Positions 1 through 9,164 of a stretch of DNA of 33,593 bases are shown one piece after another. Numbering within the stretch: the first letter of the stretch is position 1; every line of letters starts with the position of its first letter. The position numbers were made by a program, and so were the translations under genes. Source of the DNA: Chloroflexota bacterium (GTDB lineage: Bacteria; Chloroflexota; Anaerolineae; Anaerolineales; UBA4823); the NCBI GenBank assembly GCA_046089985.1, contig JBJSYW010000533.1, forward strand, positions 1 to 33,593. Direction: 5' to 3'. A model generated the notes under the pieces. It saw only the letters and a list, made by a program, of their open reading frames with translations, was not told the origin of the DNA and made no database searches.

Positions 1-20
1 TCCCGCTCGATTCAGCAGCT

Positions 21-2261
21 TCATCCAAGTTTGCCCAGCCCGCGCAGCACGCGTTCGGGGGTCAGTGGGAACTCATAGAACCACACCCCGGTCGCGTCAT
101 GCAGCGCGGCGGTCACCGCGGGCGTTAGCGGCAGGAAGGGCATCTCGCCCATCCCGCGCGCCCCATACGGGCCGATCGGGTCCGGGTATTCCAACACCAG
201 CGGCTGGACCCGCTCGGGCACATCCAGCACGGTGGGGATCAGGTACGTGGACAGGTGCTGGGTCTGCACAAAACCGTCCTTCTGGACAAAGTTCTCCAGC
301 ACGGCATATCCCGCCGCCTGCACCACTGCCCCCTCAATCTGCCCCTGCACCTGCAGCGGGTTGACCGCCTGGCCCACGTCGTTAGCTGAGATCACGTCCA
401 GCAGGCGCACATGACCGGTCTCGGTGTCAACTTCCACCGTGATCGCCTGCGCCACGTACCCATAAGCAAAATTCGGCTCCGACTTGCCGGTCTGCGGGTC
501 GAGCGGGGTGGTGCGCGGCGGGCGGTACTGGAATGTGGCGACCGCCGGGCGTTCCTCGGCCTGCCACTTCTCCAGCGCCTGCTCGACCGCGCCCTTGACT
601 GAGTTACCGGCCATAAAGGTCATGCGCGAAGCCGAGACGCTGCCCGAATTGCCCGTTTCGGCCGTGTCGGAGACGATCAGCTCGATCTTCTCCAGCCCCA
701 CACCGGCGGCCTGGGCGGCAGTCTGCGCCAGCACGGTGTGAATCCCCTGGCCCACCTCGGCCGCGGCGTGCCGCACCACCACGCGCTCGATCTGGCCGCC
801 GCCGTGCAGTTCCACCGTGGCGGTGCACTGCTCCGGCGCGCCGAACGAAAAGCCGACGTTCTTGAAAGCCGCCGCCACGCCCACGCCGCGCTTCAGGTGG
901 GCCGCCGGGGCGGGCGGCAGAACCGGCAGCGTTTCCCCGCGCCGGGCATGCTCGCGGCCCTGCTGGTCGCGCTCCACCTGCCAGCCGGCGGCGGCCACAC
1001 AGCGCTCCAGCACCTGCGGCAGGCTGACGCCCTTTGGCAGCGGCGTGCCCACCGAGAGCAGCGAACCTTCGCGCAGCAGGTTTTTAAAGCGCACCTCCAC
1101 CGGGTCCAGTCCCAGCGCTTCGGCGATGCGATTGATCTGCGTCTCGGCCGCAAAAGCACCCTGCGGGCCGCCAAAGCCGCGGAATGCGCCCCCCACCACG
1201 TTGTTGGTGTACACCGCATAGGCGTCCACCTTGACGTTGGGGATCTCGTACGGGCCGGTGCACATCAACGTGGCGTTGCCCAGCACCTTGGTGGAGGTAT
1301 AGGCGTACCCGCCGCCATCCTCGATCAATTCCACTTCAGCCGCCAGCAGGCGGCCGTCTTTAGCCGCGCCCCAGCGGGTCTTAATCGTATACGGGTGTCG
1401 CTTGTGATGTGCGATGATCGATTCTTCCCGGCTCCAGATGATCTTCACCGGGCGGTGGATGCCGCGCTGCGCCAGCCGCCAGGCAGCCAGCGCCAGCACG
1501 ATCTGCACCGACATATCTTCGCGCCCACCAAACGCCCCCCCGATGGCAGGGTAAATCACCCGCACCTGCTCCAGCGGCAGACCCAGGGCGTGAGCGATCT
1601 GCTCCTGGTCTTCGTGAGTCCACTGCCCACCCACCACCACCGTCACCCGCCCCTGCTCGTCGATATAGCCCAGCCCGGCCTCCGGCTGCAGGTAGGCATG
1701 CTCCTGCACCGGGGTCTGGTAGACCCCCTCTACGACCACCGCCGCGCCGGCGAAGGCTTCGTCCACGTCGCCCTTGCGAATGCGATAATGGCAGAAAACG
1801 TTCGAGCCGGTATCGGGGTGCAGCAGCGGCGCACCGTCCTGCATCGCCGCCAGCGGGTCGCAAACTAACGGCAGGTCCTGGTAATCGACCTCGATCAGGC
1901 CCAGCGCCTGCTGGGCGATGGCTTCCGTTTCGGCCACCACCAGCGCCAGCTGGTCCCCCGTCCAGCGCACGTGATCGGCATATGGCTTGGCCGACCCCGG
2001 CCCGCACAGCACCGGCTGGTCGGGCATAATCAGCCCATACTCGTTGACCGGCACATCTCGGGCGGTGAATACCGCCAGCACGCCCGGCAGCGCCTCGGCC
2101 CGGCTGGTATCCAGGCGCGTGATCACCGCGTGCGCCCGCTGTGAGAACAGGATTTTCAGATAAGCCTGGTCCGGAAGGTTGATATCGCCGGCGTACAGGG
2201 CTTCTCCGGTTACTTTTGCACGGGCATCCACCCGGGTGACAGACTGTCCGAAAACGGCCAT
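21..2261 (-). CDS. Xanthine dehydrogenase / aldehyde oxidoreductase family molybdopterin-binding large subunit (CoxL/XdhB-like)
   Basis: 746-aa ORF with its stop at 21-23. Family motifs in the translation: N-terminal 'GQSVTRVDARAKVTGEALYAGD', 'GGAFGGRED', 'AFRGFGGPQG', and C-terminal 'YGARGMGEMP'. An AGGAG SD lies about 8 nt upstream of the ATG. Substrate is not assignable. The Fe-S and FAD subunits are not in the window. Confidence 0.9.
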   Translation of the reverse strand: MAVFGQSVTRVDARAKVTGEALYAGDINLPDQAYLKILFSQRAHAVITRLDTSRAEALPGVLAVFTARDVPVNEYGLIMPDQPVLCGPGSAKPYADHVRWTGDQLALVVAETEAIAQQALGLIEVDYQDLPLVCDPLAAMQDGAPLLHPDTGSNVFCHYRIRKGDVDEAFAGAAVVVEGVYQTPVQEHAYLQPEAGLGYIDEQGRVTVVVGGQWTHEDQEQIAHALGLPLEQVRVIYPAIGGAFGGREDMSVQIVLALAAWRLAQRGIHRPVKIIWSREESIIAHHKRHPYTIKTRWGAAKDGRLLAAEVELIEDGGGYAYTSTKVLGNATLMCTGPYEIPNVKVDAYAVYTNNVVGGAFRGFGGPQGAFAAETQINRIAEALGLDPVEVRFKNLLREGSLLSVGTPLPKGVSLPQVLERCVAAAGWQVERDQQGREHARRGETLPVLPPAPAAHLKRGVGVAAAFKNVGFSFGAPEQCTATVELHGGGQIERVVVRHAAAEVGQGIHTVLAQTAAQAAGVGLEKIELIVSDTAETGNSGSVSASRMTFMAGNSVKGAVEQALEKWQAEERPAVATFQYRPPRTTPLDPQTGKSEPNFAYGYVAQAITVEVDTETGHVRLLDVISANDVGQAVNPLQVQGQIEGAVVQAAGYAVLENFVQKDGFVQTQHLSTYLIPTVLDVPERVQPLVLEYPDPIGPYGARGMGEMPFLPLTPAVTAALHDATGVWFYEFPLTPERVLRGLGKLG

Positions 2262-2332
2262 CTTCGCTCCTGTATTGGCTGCTAACGTTCATTTACCGCC
2301 GGGACAGCCGGCTCCGGACGCCCCGGAAAATT

Positions 2333-2338
2333 ATTATA
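2333..2338 (-). promoter_or_regulatory. Candidate -10 box (TATAAT on minus strand) for the xanthine-dehydrogenase-family gene
   Basis: Plus-strand 'attata' at 2333-2338 reads as a perfect TATAAT on the minus strand, about 70 nt upstream of the ATG at 2261. No good -35 is visible. It lies back-to-back with the nitrilase -10 box. Confidence 0.4.
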
Positions 2339-2366
2339 CCGTGCAATCCCGACCGCGGTGAGGGGG

Positions 2367-2372
2367 TATAAT
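2367..2372 (+). promoter_or_regulatory. Candidate -10 box for nitrilase gene
   Basis: Perfect TATAAT at 2367-2372, 68 nt upstream of the ATG at 2441. The -35 is weak. Confidence 0.4.
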
Positions 2373-2440
2373 GACCTGGGCGCCGGGGGAGCTTCCCCGG
2401 CAGGCCCGGGCCATTCAACTCAGCCAAACGGAGCTTATGC

Positions 2441-3388
2441 ATGTCTCAAACCGTACGCGTAGCCGCCATACAGGCGGCGCCGGCCCTGTTCGATCGCCGG
2501 GCCTGTGTCGATAAACTGTGCTCCCTGACCGCCGATGCCGCCGCCCAGGGAGCGCAGCTGGCGCTGTTCCCCGAAGCCTTTATCCCCGCTTACCCGCGCG
2601 GGCTGTCGTTTGGCATGGTGGTGGGCAGCCGCAGCCCGCTCGGCCGGCAGACCTGGCAGCGCTACTGGGAGCAGTCGATCGACGTGCCCGGGCCGGAGAC
2701 ACAGCGCATCGGCGAGGCGGCCCGCCGGGCCGGCATCCACCTGGCGGTGGGCGTGATCGAGCGCGACGGCGACAGTTCCGGCGGCACGCTCTACTGCAGC
2801 GTGCTGTACTTCGGCCCCGACGGCGCCCTGCTGGGCAAGCATCGCAAGCTCAAGCCAACCGCCGCCGAGCGCTTAATCTGGGGCGAGGGCGACGGCAGCA
2901 CCCTGACCGTGCTCGACACCCCGTTGGGGCGCATCGGCGGGCTGATCTGCTGGGAGAACTATATGCCGCTGGCGCGCATGGCGCTGTACGCCAAGGGCGT
3001 CGAGCTGTACCTGGCCCCCACCGCCGACAGCCGGGATGCCTGGCAGGCTACCCTGCGCCATATCGCTCTGGAAGGGCGCTGTTTTGTGATCGGATGCAAC
3101 CAGTACGTGACCAAAGATATGTACCCGGCCGACCTGCCCGGGCTGGATGAGCTGGCCAACCAACCCGAGGTGATGTGCCGCGGCGGCAGCGTGATCATCA
3201 GCCCGCTGGGCGAGGTGCTCAGCGGCCCGCTGTTCGACCGTGAAGGGATGCTGTTCGCCGACCTGGACCTGGATGACCTGGCGCGTAGCAAGCTGGATTT
3301 CGACGTGACCGGCCATTATGCCCGTCCCGACATCTTCCAGCTTGCCGTCGATGAGCGGCCGCGGCCGCCCGTCCGTTTTCAGCGCTGA
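2441..3388 (+). CDS. Nitrilase / cyanide hydratase family carbon-nitrogen hydrolase
   Basis: 315 aa. The Glu-Lys-Cys catalytic triad contexts are readable: 'LALFPEAFIPAYP' (Glu), 'HRKLKPT' (Lys) and 'LICWENYMPLAR' (Cys). The overall layout is typical of branch-1 nitrilases. Confidence 0.9.
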   Translation: MSQTVRVAAIQAAPALFDRRACVDKLCSLTADAAAQGAQLALFPEAFIPAYPRGLSFGMVVGSRSPLGRQTWQRYWEQSIDVPGPETQRIGEAARRAGIHLAVGVIERDGDSSGGTLYCSVLYFGPDGALLGKHRKLKPTAAERLIWGEGDGSTLTVLDTPLGRIGGLICWENYMPLARMALYAKGVELYLAPTADSRDAWQATLRHIALEGRCFVIGCNQYVTKDMYPADLPGLDELANQPEVMCRGGSVIISPLGEVLSGPLFDREGMLFADLDLDDLARSKLDFDVTGHYARPDIFQLAVDERPRPPVRFQR

Positions 3389-3403
3389 GGGCTGCGCGCC
3401 CTC
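3387..3403. terminator. Short GC hairpin between convergent nitrilase and trkA-like genes
   Basis: 'gagggc' (3387-3392) pairs with 'gccctc' (3398-3403) around a 5-nt loop. It overlaps the nitrilase stop codon. The stem is only 6 bp and there is no U-tract. Confidence 0.25.
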
Positions 3404-3410
3404 GCCCCGC

Positions 3411-4088
3411 TCAAACCTGGTTGGGAGAGAACAACTCGCGCAGGCGCTCCAGACCCTCATGCCCGGTGACCGCCAGCACTTCGTCGTCCACTTCGAAGGT
3501 GGTCAGCCCGCGCGGCACGATCACCTTGCCGTTGCGGATGATGGCGGCGATGACCGTTTCATCCTTCAACTGCAGGTCTTTCAGCGCCACACCCACCGCC
3601 GGCGCGCCGGGCGGGATTTTCTCTTCGATCAGCGAGTAGTTGCCCCGGCGCAGCTTGAGCAGGGTCATCATATCGCCGAACGACATTTCCTCTTCGATCA
3701 TGCTGGCCATCACACTGGCCTGGTTCAAGGCCACGTCCACGCAGAACTTCTCGTCGAACAACCAGGCGTTGCGCGGGTCGTTGATGCGGGCGATCGTGCG
3801 CCCCACCCCGAAATGGCAGCGCGCCATGTAGCAGATCACCAGGTTGTCTTCATCCACGGTGGTGCAGGCCGCCAGCACGCGCGCCTCGCGCACCCCAGCC
3901 CGCTCCAGCACTTCTAGATCGGTCGGGTTGCCTTCATAGATGATCTCGGTGGGCAGCTCGCGGTGGATGCGCGCCAGCACTTCTCTGCGGTGCTCGACCA
4001 CGCGCACTTCGTGGTTCTGGCCCATCAGGTGATAGGCCAGCTGGGTGCCTGTCCGGCCTCCGCCGGCGATAACGACCAGCATGCTCAT
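3411..4088 (-). CDS. TrkA/KtrA-type RCK potassium-transport regulatory protein (TrkA-N + TrkA-C)
   Basis: 225 aa. Rossmann motif 'VVIAGGGRTGTQLAYHL' and a C-terminal TrkA-C-like segment 'GVALKDLQLKDETVIAAIIRNGKVIVPRG'. Its ATG overlaps the stop of the upstream paralogue (ATGA at 4085-4088). Confidence 0.85.
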   Translation of the reverse strand: MSMLVVIAGGGRTGTQLAYHLMGQNHEVRVVEHRREVLARIHRELPTEIIYEGNPTDLEVLERAGVREARVLAACTTVDEDNLVICYMARCHFGVGRTIARINDPRNAWLFDEKFCVDVALNQASVMASMIEEEMSFGDMMTLLKLRRGNYSLIEEKIPPGAPAVGVALKDLQLKDETVIAAIIRNGKVIVPRGLTTFEVDDEVLAVTGHEGLERLRELFSPNQV

Positions 4089-4753
4089 TTCTCCTTCTGC
4101 GTGCGCAGCTTGGCCCGCAGCGACTCACTACCGTCCAGTGTGGCGCTGACCAGCACCACATCCCCTTCTTCCAGGCGCATCGTCGCATCGGGCAGCACCG
4201 CCCGCCCGGCGCGCGTCACCGCCACAGGGACGGTATCGCCGTTGGTCAGGTCTTTGAGCTGCCGCCCGGCCAGGGCTTCGCTGATCGAGAACTCGTAGAT
4301 CTCCACCTCGCCGTTGCCGGCTGAGAAGACCGTGCGGGTGGTCTGCTGGTAGAGCAGTTCTTCAATGCGCTGTGCGCCCCAGGAGGCCGATGAAACCACC
4401 TGCAGCCCGAAGACTTCGTGCATCGCCCGGTAGCGCGAGTCGTAATTGCGCACCACCACGCTGGGCACGTTATAAACCGAGCGGGCGATGTGCGCCACCA
4501 CCGCGTTGACGGTGTCCGAGTTCGTCACCACGGCAACGCCATCGGCTTCCTGGATCCCGGCCCTGCGCAGCATATCCTGGCTGGTGGCGTGACCTTCCAG
4601 CAGCCTGCCGCGGAAATCCATCGGCAGGTTCTGGAACGCGCTTTCGCGTTGGTCGATCACAACCACCTGGTTCCCCTTCTGATACAGCCGGTAGGCCAGC
4701 TCGGCCCCGATCCGGCCACAACCGATGACGATCATCTTCATGACAGCGCCCAT
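4085..4753 (-). CDS. TrkA/KtrA-type RCK potassium-transport regulatory protein, second paralogue
   Basis: 222 aa. 'MKMIVIGCGRIGAELAYRL' (GxGxxG) and the TrkA-C-like segment 'LAGRQLKDLTNGDTVPVAVTRAGRAVLP'. An alternative start at 4741 (MKMIV...) is equally plausible. Confidence 0.85.
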   Translation of the reverse strand: MGAVMKMIVIGCGRIGAELAYRLYQKGNQVVVIDQRESAFQNLPMDFRGRLLEGHATSQDMLRRAGIQEADGVAVVTNSDTVNAVVAHIARSVYNVPSVVVRNYDSRYRAMHEVFGLQVVSSASWGAQRIEELLYQQTTRTVFSAGNGEVEIYEFSISEALAGRQLKDLTNGDTVPVAVTRAGRAVLPDATMRLEEGDVVLVSATLDGSESLRAKLRTQKEK

Positions 4754-4785
4754 CCTATCTCTTGCGACAGCACCCCACGCAGCGT

Positions 4786-5484
4786 TCAGCTGCGCCGGCG
4801 GCCGCCCATCCCTAATACCAGCATCACATAATACAACAACTGCATCACCGCCGTCACCAGCCCGGCTACGTAGGTCAGCGCAGCTGCGTTCAATACGTTT
4901 GAAACACCGCCCATCTCGTCCTCGCCCTGGATCAGGCCGGACTGCGCCAGCAGTTCGCGCGCGCGTGCCGAAGCGTTCAACTCCACCGGCAGGGTCACCA
5001 GCGCGAAGAACGCGCCGCCGGCAAACACCGCCACGCCCAACCAGGCGATCCCGGTGGCCTGGATCATCAGGCCCACGATGATCAGGATCCAGCCCAGGTA
5101 GGAGCCGATGTTGACCAGCGGGACGATCGCCCCGCGCACGCGCAGCGGCAGATACCCCTCGTGGTCCTGCATAGCATGCCCCAATTCGTGGGCTGCGATC
5201 GCCAACGCCGCTACTGAGGGAGAATTATACACCCCCTCCGACAGGCGCAGCACTTTGCTGCGCGGGTCGTAGTGGTCGGTCATCGTGCCGCGGATGCCTT
5301 CCACGGTTACGTCGTACAGCCCGCCAGCCTGGATCAACCGCCGGGCGGCCTGCTCGCCGGTGAAACGGCTGCGGGCCTGCACGCGGCTCCACTTGCTGTA
5401 GGCAGATTTGACATACATCTGCACCGCCGCCATCAACAGGAAGGCCGGCAGCATAAAACACAGGTACCTCGGATCGTAGAACAT
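4786..5484 (-). CDS. Membrane zinc metallopeptidase, YugP / Zn_peptidase_2 family
   Basis: 232 aa. The N-terminal 'MFYDPRYLCFMLPAFLLMAAVQMYVKSAYSKW' is characteristic of the family. It has the HExxH motif 'AAHELGHAMQ' and C-terminal TM helices. Confidence 0.8.
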   Translation of the reverse strand: MFYDPRYLCFMLPAFLLMAAVQMYVKSAYSKWSRVQARSRFTGEQAARRLIQAGGLYDVTVEGIRGTMTDHYDPRSKVLRLSEGVYNSPSVAALAIAAHELGHAMQDHEGYLPLRVRGAIVPLVNIGSYLGWILIIVGLMIQATGIAWLGVAVFAGGAFFALVTLPVELNASARARELLAQSGLIQGEDEMGGVSNVLNAAALTYVAGLVTAVMQLLYYVMLVLGMGGRRRS

Positions 5485-5515
5485 GCGCTTACTCCTTCAA
5501 ATCCATCCGCACCGG

Positions 5516-6838
5516 TTACGGGACTGGGGTGACCGTGGGGGTCGGCGAGGGCACCGGGGTAGGCGGCGGAAGCAGCTGTTCCAGCAGCACCCGCACCGCC
5601 ATCTCCAGCTGCGGATCCTTCCCGGCCTCCAGTTCATCGGCGGTCAGTTCAACCACAAAATCCGGGCGCAGGCCCAGTTGATTGATCTGGCGCTTGTTCG
5701 GGGTCAGCCAGCGAGCGATCGTCACCCGCACCGCGCCCTGCTCTTCCACCAGCGGCACGATATTTTGCACCGAGCCTTTGCCATACGACTGCATGCCCAC
5801 CATGTAGCCGCGCCCCCGGTCCTGCACTGCCCCGGCGACGATTTCCGAAGCGGAGGCGCTGCCCTCATTGATCAGCACCACCAACGGAATCTCGGTGGCT
5901 GCGCCGCCGCGGCGGGCTTTAAATTCTTTCAGATCGCTGCCGTCGCCATACTGTTCGTACATCACCACACCGTCGCCGATGAACTGCGAGGCGACATCGA
6001 TCGCCGTCTCCAGGTAACCACCGCCGTTGTTGCGCAGGTCGAGGATGATGCCCTTCGGGTTCTGATCCAGCAGCTTGTTTAAGGCATTTTCCAAATCCGC
6101 GGCGGTGTCATCGCCGAAGATCAGCAGTTGGATGTAGCCCAGGCCGTCTTCACGCATCTCGTAGGTGATGGTCGGCACCACGATTGCGCCGCGCTCCACT
6201 TCCACGTCAAACGGTTCAGCCACGCCTTCGCGGCGGATGGTCAGGCGCACAATCGTGCCGCGCGGCCCCAGCACATGCTGGCGGGCGTATTCGCCGTCTT
6301 TGCCGGTCATGTCCTCGCCGTCGATGGCGATCACTTCATCGTTGGCCTTCAGCCCGGCCTTCTCAGCCGGTGAGTCGGGCATGGGGCTAATGATCTTCAG
6401 GTAGCTGCCGCTGACATCCACCCACGCGCCAATGCCTTCATATTCACTGCCGTCCAGCCGGGTGGTTGACTGCTCGAACATCTGCGGGTCCATGTACGAA
6501 GAATGCTCGTCACCCAGGGCGTCAAACATGCCCTTGATTGCGCCGCGCATCAGCACAGTCTTATTCACCGGCTGGTCCACGTAGGATTGGACGATCAGGT
6601 TCCAGGCCTGCCAGAACGGCTGAAACAGCGCTTCGGCGTCAGCCGGCATCTGGGTATCGCTGCCAGGCGGGCCAATCTCAAGATCCTGGATGCCAGGCAG
6701 CGCCGGCAGTTCCGCCTGCCCGGCAGCCGGCTGTCCGGTATACATCCGCCCGGCTACAAAACCCGCCGAGCAGGTCCCAGCCAGCAGGATCAGCCCCACC
6801 AATATTCCTAAAACCGCCAAAAAGCGTCGATTTTGCAT
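5516..6838 (-). CDS. S41 family C-terminal processing peptidase (Ctp/Prc-like) with PDZ domain
   Basis: 440 aa. It has an N-terminal signal/anchor helix, a PDZ-like segment 'SPAEKAGLKANDEVIAIDGEDM', the catalytic Ser context 'INEGSASASEIVAGA' and the Lys context 'SYGKGSVQ'. The tail is Pro/Thr-rich. An AGGAG SD precedes the ATG. Confidence 0.9.
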   Translation of the reverse strand: MQNRRFLAVLGILVGLILLAGTCSAGFVAGRMYTGQPAAGQAELPALPGIQDLEIGPPGSDTQMPADAEALFQPFWQAWNLIVQSYVDQPVNKTVLMRGAIKGMFDALGDEHSSYMDPQMFEQSTTRLDGSEYEGIGAWVDVSGSYLKIISPMPDSPAEKAGLKANDEVIAIDGEDMTGKDGEYARQHVLGPRGTIVRLTIRREGVAEPFDVEVERGAIVVPTITYEMREDGLGYIQLLIFGDDTAADLENALNKLLDQNPKGIILDLRNNGGGYLETAIDVASQFIGDGVVMYEQYGDGSDLKEFKARRGGAATEIPLVVLINEGSASASEIVAGAVQDRGRGYMVGMQSYGKGSVQNIVPLVEEQGAVRVTIARWLTPNKRQINQLGLRPDFVVELTADELEAGKDPQLEMAVRVLLEQLLPPPTPVPSPTPTVTPVP

Positions 6839-6868
6839 GATCGGTTCTCCTGTCTAACCGATAAGGTT

Positions 6869-6899
6869 ATCATAGGTTTGTTAGAATCGGGTATGTAAA
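6869..6899 (-). promoter_or_regulatory. Candidate sigma70-type promoter for the S41 peptidase gene
   Basis: On the minus strand: TTTACA (plus 6894-6899), a 19-nt spacer, then TATGAT (plus 6869-6874), followed by a leader of about 24 nt carrying AGGAG. The spacer is at the long end of the allowed range. Confidence 0.3.
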
Positions 6900-6952
6900 G
6901 TGCAGCCACCGGTCCACGTTCAACTGCCGCTAACATCCAATTAATGCCTGGC

Positions 6953-7675
6953 TCAACTTAACCGGAAGGGGTTGAAATCCGTCTCCCGGTCAAAGTAATC
7001 TTCCTGCTCGGCCCGTTTCAACCGGTTGACCACCAGGTAAGTGACCGGGGTCATCAGCGCTTCCACCCCCACCTTGAACAGGTAGTTGGTCAGCACCAGC
7101 GCGCCCCAAATTTCGGGCACAAAGCCGGGCACGCCGAAAAGCGTGGCCAGCGAGATAAAGATCAGCGTGTCGATCCCCTCACCGACCAGCGTGCTGCCAA
7201 TGGTGCGCAGCCACAGCAGCCGCCCGCCGGTGACCAGCTTCAGCCGCGCCAGCACATACGAGTTGGCGAACTCGCCCACCCAGTAAGCCCCCAGGCTGGC
7301 AGCCACAATCGCCCCGCTGCTCACCCCGCCCAGGATGCCGGCATAGGCTGCGTCGCCTACGTTCTGCTGCCAGTAGGCTTCACCCGGCAGCCGCCCCACC
7401 AGCCACAGCACCGCGCTCATCAGCAGCGCCGCGCCGAACCCGGCCCAAATGACACGCCGTCCGTAGCGATAGCCGTACACCTCGGTCAGCACATCGCCAA
7501 AAATATAGCTGACCGGAAAGAGCAGCGTGCCGGCGTCGAAGACCAGCGCCACACCAAACAGGCCTACGCCCCAATCAACGATCTTGGCCGAACTGGCGAT
7601 ATTGCTCACCAGCAGCACCGCCACGAAGGCAGACATCAGAATATCGGCATAACGATAGCGCATCCCAGCCCTCAC
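6953..7675 (-). CDS. yhhQ: Queuosine precursor (preQ0/preQ1) transporter, YhhQ / VUT (DUF165) family
   Basis: 240 aa polytopic membrane protein. 'LLVSNIASSAKIV', 'FPVSYIFGDVLTEVYGY' and 'FANSYVLARLK' match the YhhQ family pattern as I remember it. A GTG at 7675 overlaps the upstream stop (GTGA). There is an alternative ATG at 7663. Confidence 0.75.
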   Translation of the reverse strand: MRAGMRYRYADILMSAFVAVLLVSNIASSAKIVDWGVGLFGVALVFDAGTLLFPVSYIFGDVLTEVYGYRYGRRVIWAGFGAALLMSAVLWLVGRLPGEAYWQQNVGDAAYAGILGGVSSGAIVAASLGAYWVGEFANSYVLARLKLVTGGRLLWLRTIGSTLVGEGIDTLIFISLATLFGVPGFVPEIWGALVLTNYLFKVGVEALMTPVTYLVVNRLKRAEQEDYFDRETDFNPFRLS

Positions 7676-8493
7676 TCGCGCGCTTCCAGCCAGCGGTCCA
7701 GAAACCGCTGGAACGAGGCGTCATCTGCCACCTGTTCGGCATAAGCCAGCAACGCCTCACCGTCCAGCGGATACAGCGGGTGGCACGAACTGGGCAGCGC
7801 CCCACCCGGCGCCGGCGCTATCTGCGCCACCAGCGGCCCGACGATATCAGCCCGCGCCAGTTCGGGCACCACCTGCTCGGCGGTGATCACCACCCGCCGG
7901 GCCGACAGGGCCAGCTCTTCATCCACTCCGAGGTGCATGCCAATCTCGGCGTTGCCGTCCAGGTCGGCGCGCAGGGCATGGATCACCGCCACGTCCGGGC
8001 AGATCGCCGGGAAGGCCGCCAGTTCCTCGCCGCTGTACGGGTCAATCACCGTGCGCACATCCGGGCGCAGGCGCGGCAGGTCGGTGCCCAGCCAGCCACG
8101 CCCGGGCAGGAAGCCGATGCCGCCAATCTGTGCTCGCAGCCCATTCGCCAGGCTGGCTTCAGTCTCCTCGATCACTTCCAGGCGGGCGTGGTTGGCGAAG
8201 TAGGTGAACATCGGCGCCAGGCCAAAGATCTCCAATCCGAAATAGCAGGTGCGCACCCGGCTGACCATCCCCGCCCCCACCAGCAGATCGCTCTCCAGCC
8301 CGGCGGTGAAGGCCAGCAGGGTCAGATCACGCGGCTCGCCGGTCTGGCGGAAACGGCGCAGCAGGGCGCGCACAAAGGCCAGCGGGCGGCGGTAGAGCGT
8401 GGTGCCGCCCAATGCCAGCATCGCCCCGCTCGGCACACCGGCAGCCGCCTGCTCCAACGAAACCAGCTTTGCCGATGCCGGCGCGCTGCTCAT
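7672..8493 (-). CDS. CoA-transferase subunit A-like protein (glutaconate/3-oxoacid CoA-transferase alpha family)
   Basis: The N-terminal 'KLVSLEQAAAGVPSGAMLALGG' is typical of CoA-transferase A subunits. I chose the ATG at 8493 because it forms an ATGA overlap with the HAD gene stop. The ORF track starts at a GTG at 8505. No B subunit is nearby. Confidence 0.65.
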   Translation of the reverse strand: MSSAPASAKLVSLEQAAAGVPSGAMLALGGTTLYRRPLAFVRALLRRFRQTGEPRDLTLLAFTAGLESDLLVGAGMVSRVRTCYFGLEIFGLAPMFTYFANHARLEVIEETEASLANGLRAQIGGIGFLPGRGWLGTDLPRLRPDVRTVIDPYSGEELAAFPAICPDVAVIHALRADLDGNAEIGMHLGVDEELALSARRVVITAEQVVPELARADIVGPLVAQIAPAPGGALPSSCHPLYPLDGEALLAYAEQVADDASFQRFLDRWLEARE

Positions 8494-9158
8494 CGAACCG
8501 CCCACAATTCCGGCAGCACCTGCGGCAGGTCGGTCAGGGTTGGGATGGTGAAGCTGGCGGCGGGGTGCTCGCTGAGGGTCGGGTCGCGCCCGCCCACTGC
8601 GCTGACCAGCACGGTGGTCAGCCCCAGCTGGCGCGCCGGGGCCAGGTTAGCCGGCGAGTCGTCGATCATCAGGCACTCTTCCGGCGGCGGCCCGCCGGCG
8701 ATCTGCAGGGCGCGCCGGTAAGCCAGCGGCTCGGGCTTGCAGGCCCATTCCAGGGCGCGGATGTCGATGATGCGCGGGAACAGGTCGGTCAGTTCCAGGC
8801 GGGCCAGCACGCGCCCGGCGTGGGCCGCATCGGCATTGGTGAAGATGAAGCGCGGCTGCGGCAGCCCGGCGACCAGGCTGCGCACCGCCGGGTCGGGGGC
8901 GATGTACTCGGGCAGCGGCAGATCGTGCACGTAGGCCAGGTAATCGTCCGTATCCACGCGGTGGTGGATCTGCAGCCCGCGCAGCGTGGTCCCGTAGCGC
9001 TGGAAGTAGTCGCGGCGGATCTCGGGCACATCCGCTTCCGGCATACCCAGCACATCGACCATGTAGCGCCCCATCCGGTCACGGATGGCGCCCCACAGCC
9101 CGCAGGCGCTTGAATACAAGGTATCGTCAAGATCGAAGAAAATTGTTGAAATCGGCAC
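8490..9158 (-). CDS. HAD-superfamily hydrolase, pyrimidine 5'-nucleotidase-like
   Basis: Motif I 'FFDLDDTLY', 'IFTNA' (motif II-like), and 'DDSPANLAPARQLG' (motif III/IV). I placed the start at the GTG at 9158, not the ATG at 9260. The longer form would overlap mutL divergently by about 70 nt, and a perfect minus-strand TATAAT sits 6 nt upstream of the GTG. Confidence 0.75.
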   Translation of the reverse strand: MPISTIFFDLDDTLYSSACGLWGAIRDRMGRYMVDVLGMPEADVPEIRRDYFQRYGTTLRGLQIHHRVDTDDYLAYVHDLPLPEYIAPDPAVRSLVAGLPQPRFIFTNADAAHAGRVLARLELTDLFPRIIDIRALEWACKPEPLAYRRALQIAGGPPPEECLMIDDSPANLAPARQLGLTTVLVSAVGGRDPTLSEHPAASFTIPTLTDLPQVLPELWAVR

Positions 9159-9164
9159 GGCGCT

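Noticed and set aside
738-1868. 376-aa plus-strand ORF, and similar ones at 7780-8721, 26338-27054, 26921-27892 and 27974-28828.
   Set aside because: All lie antisense to well-supported minus-strand genes. They lack motifs and ribosome-binding sites.
7664-7700. preQ1 riboswitch upstream of the YhhQ transporter gene.
   Set aside because: There is no intergenic space. The yhhQ start overlaps or abuts the upstream CoA-transferase-like ORF, so there is no room for an aptamer.
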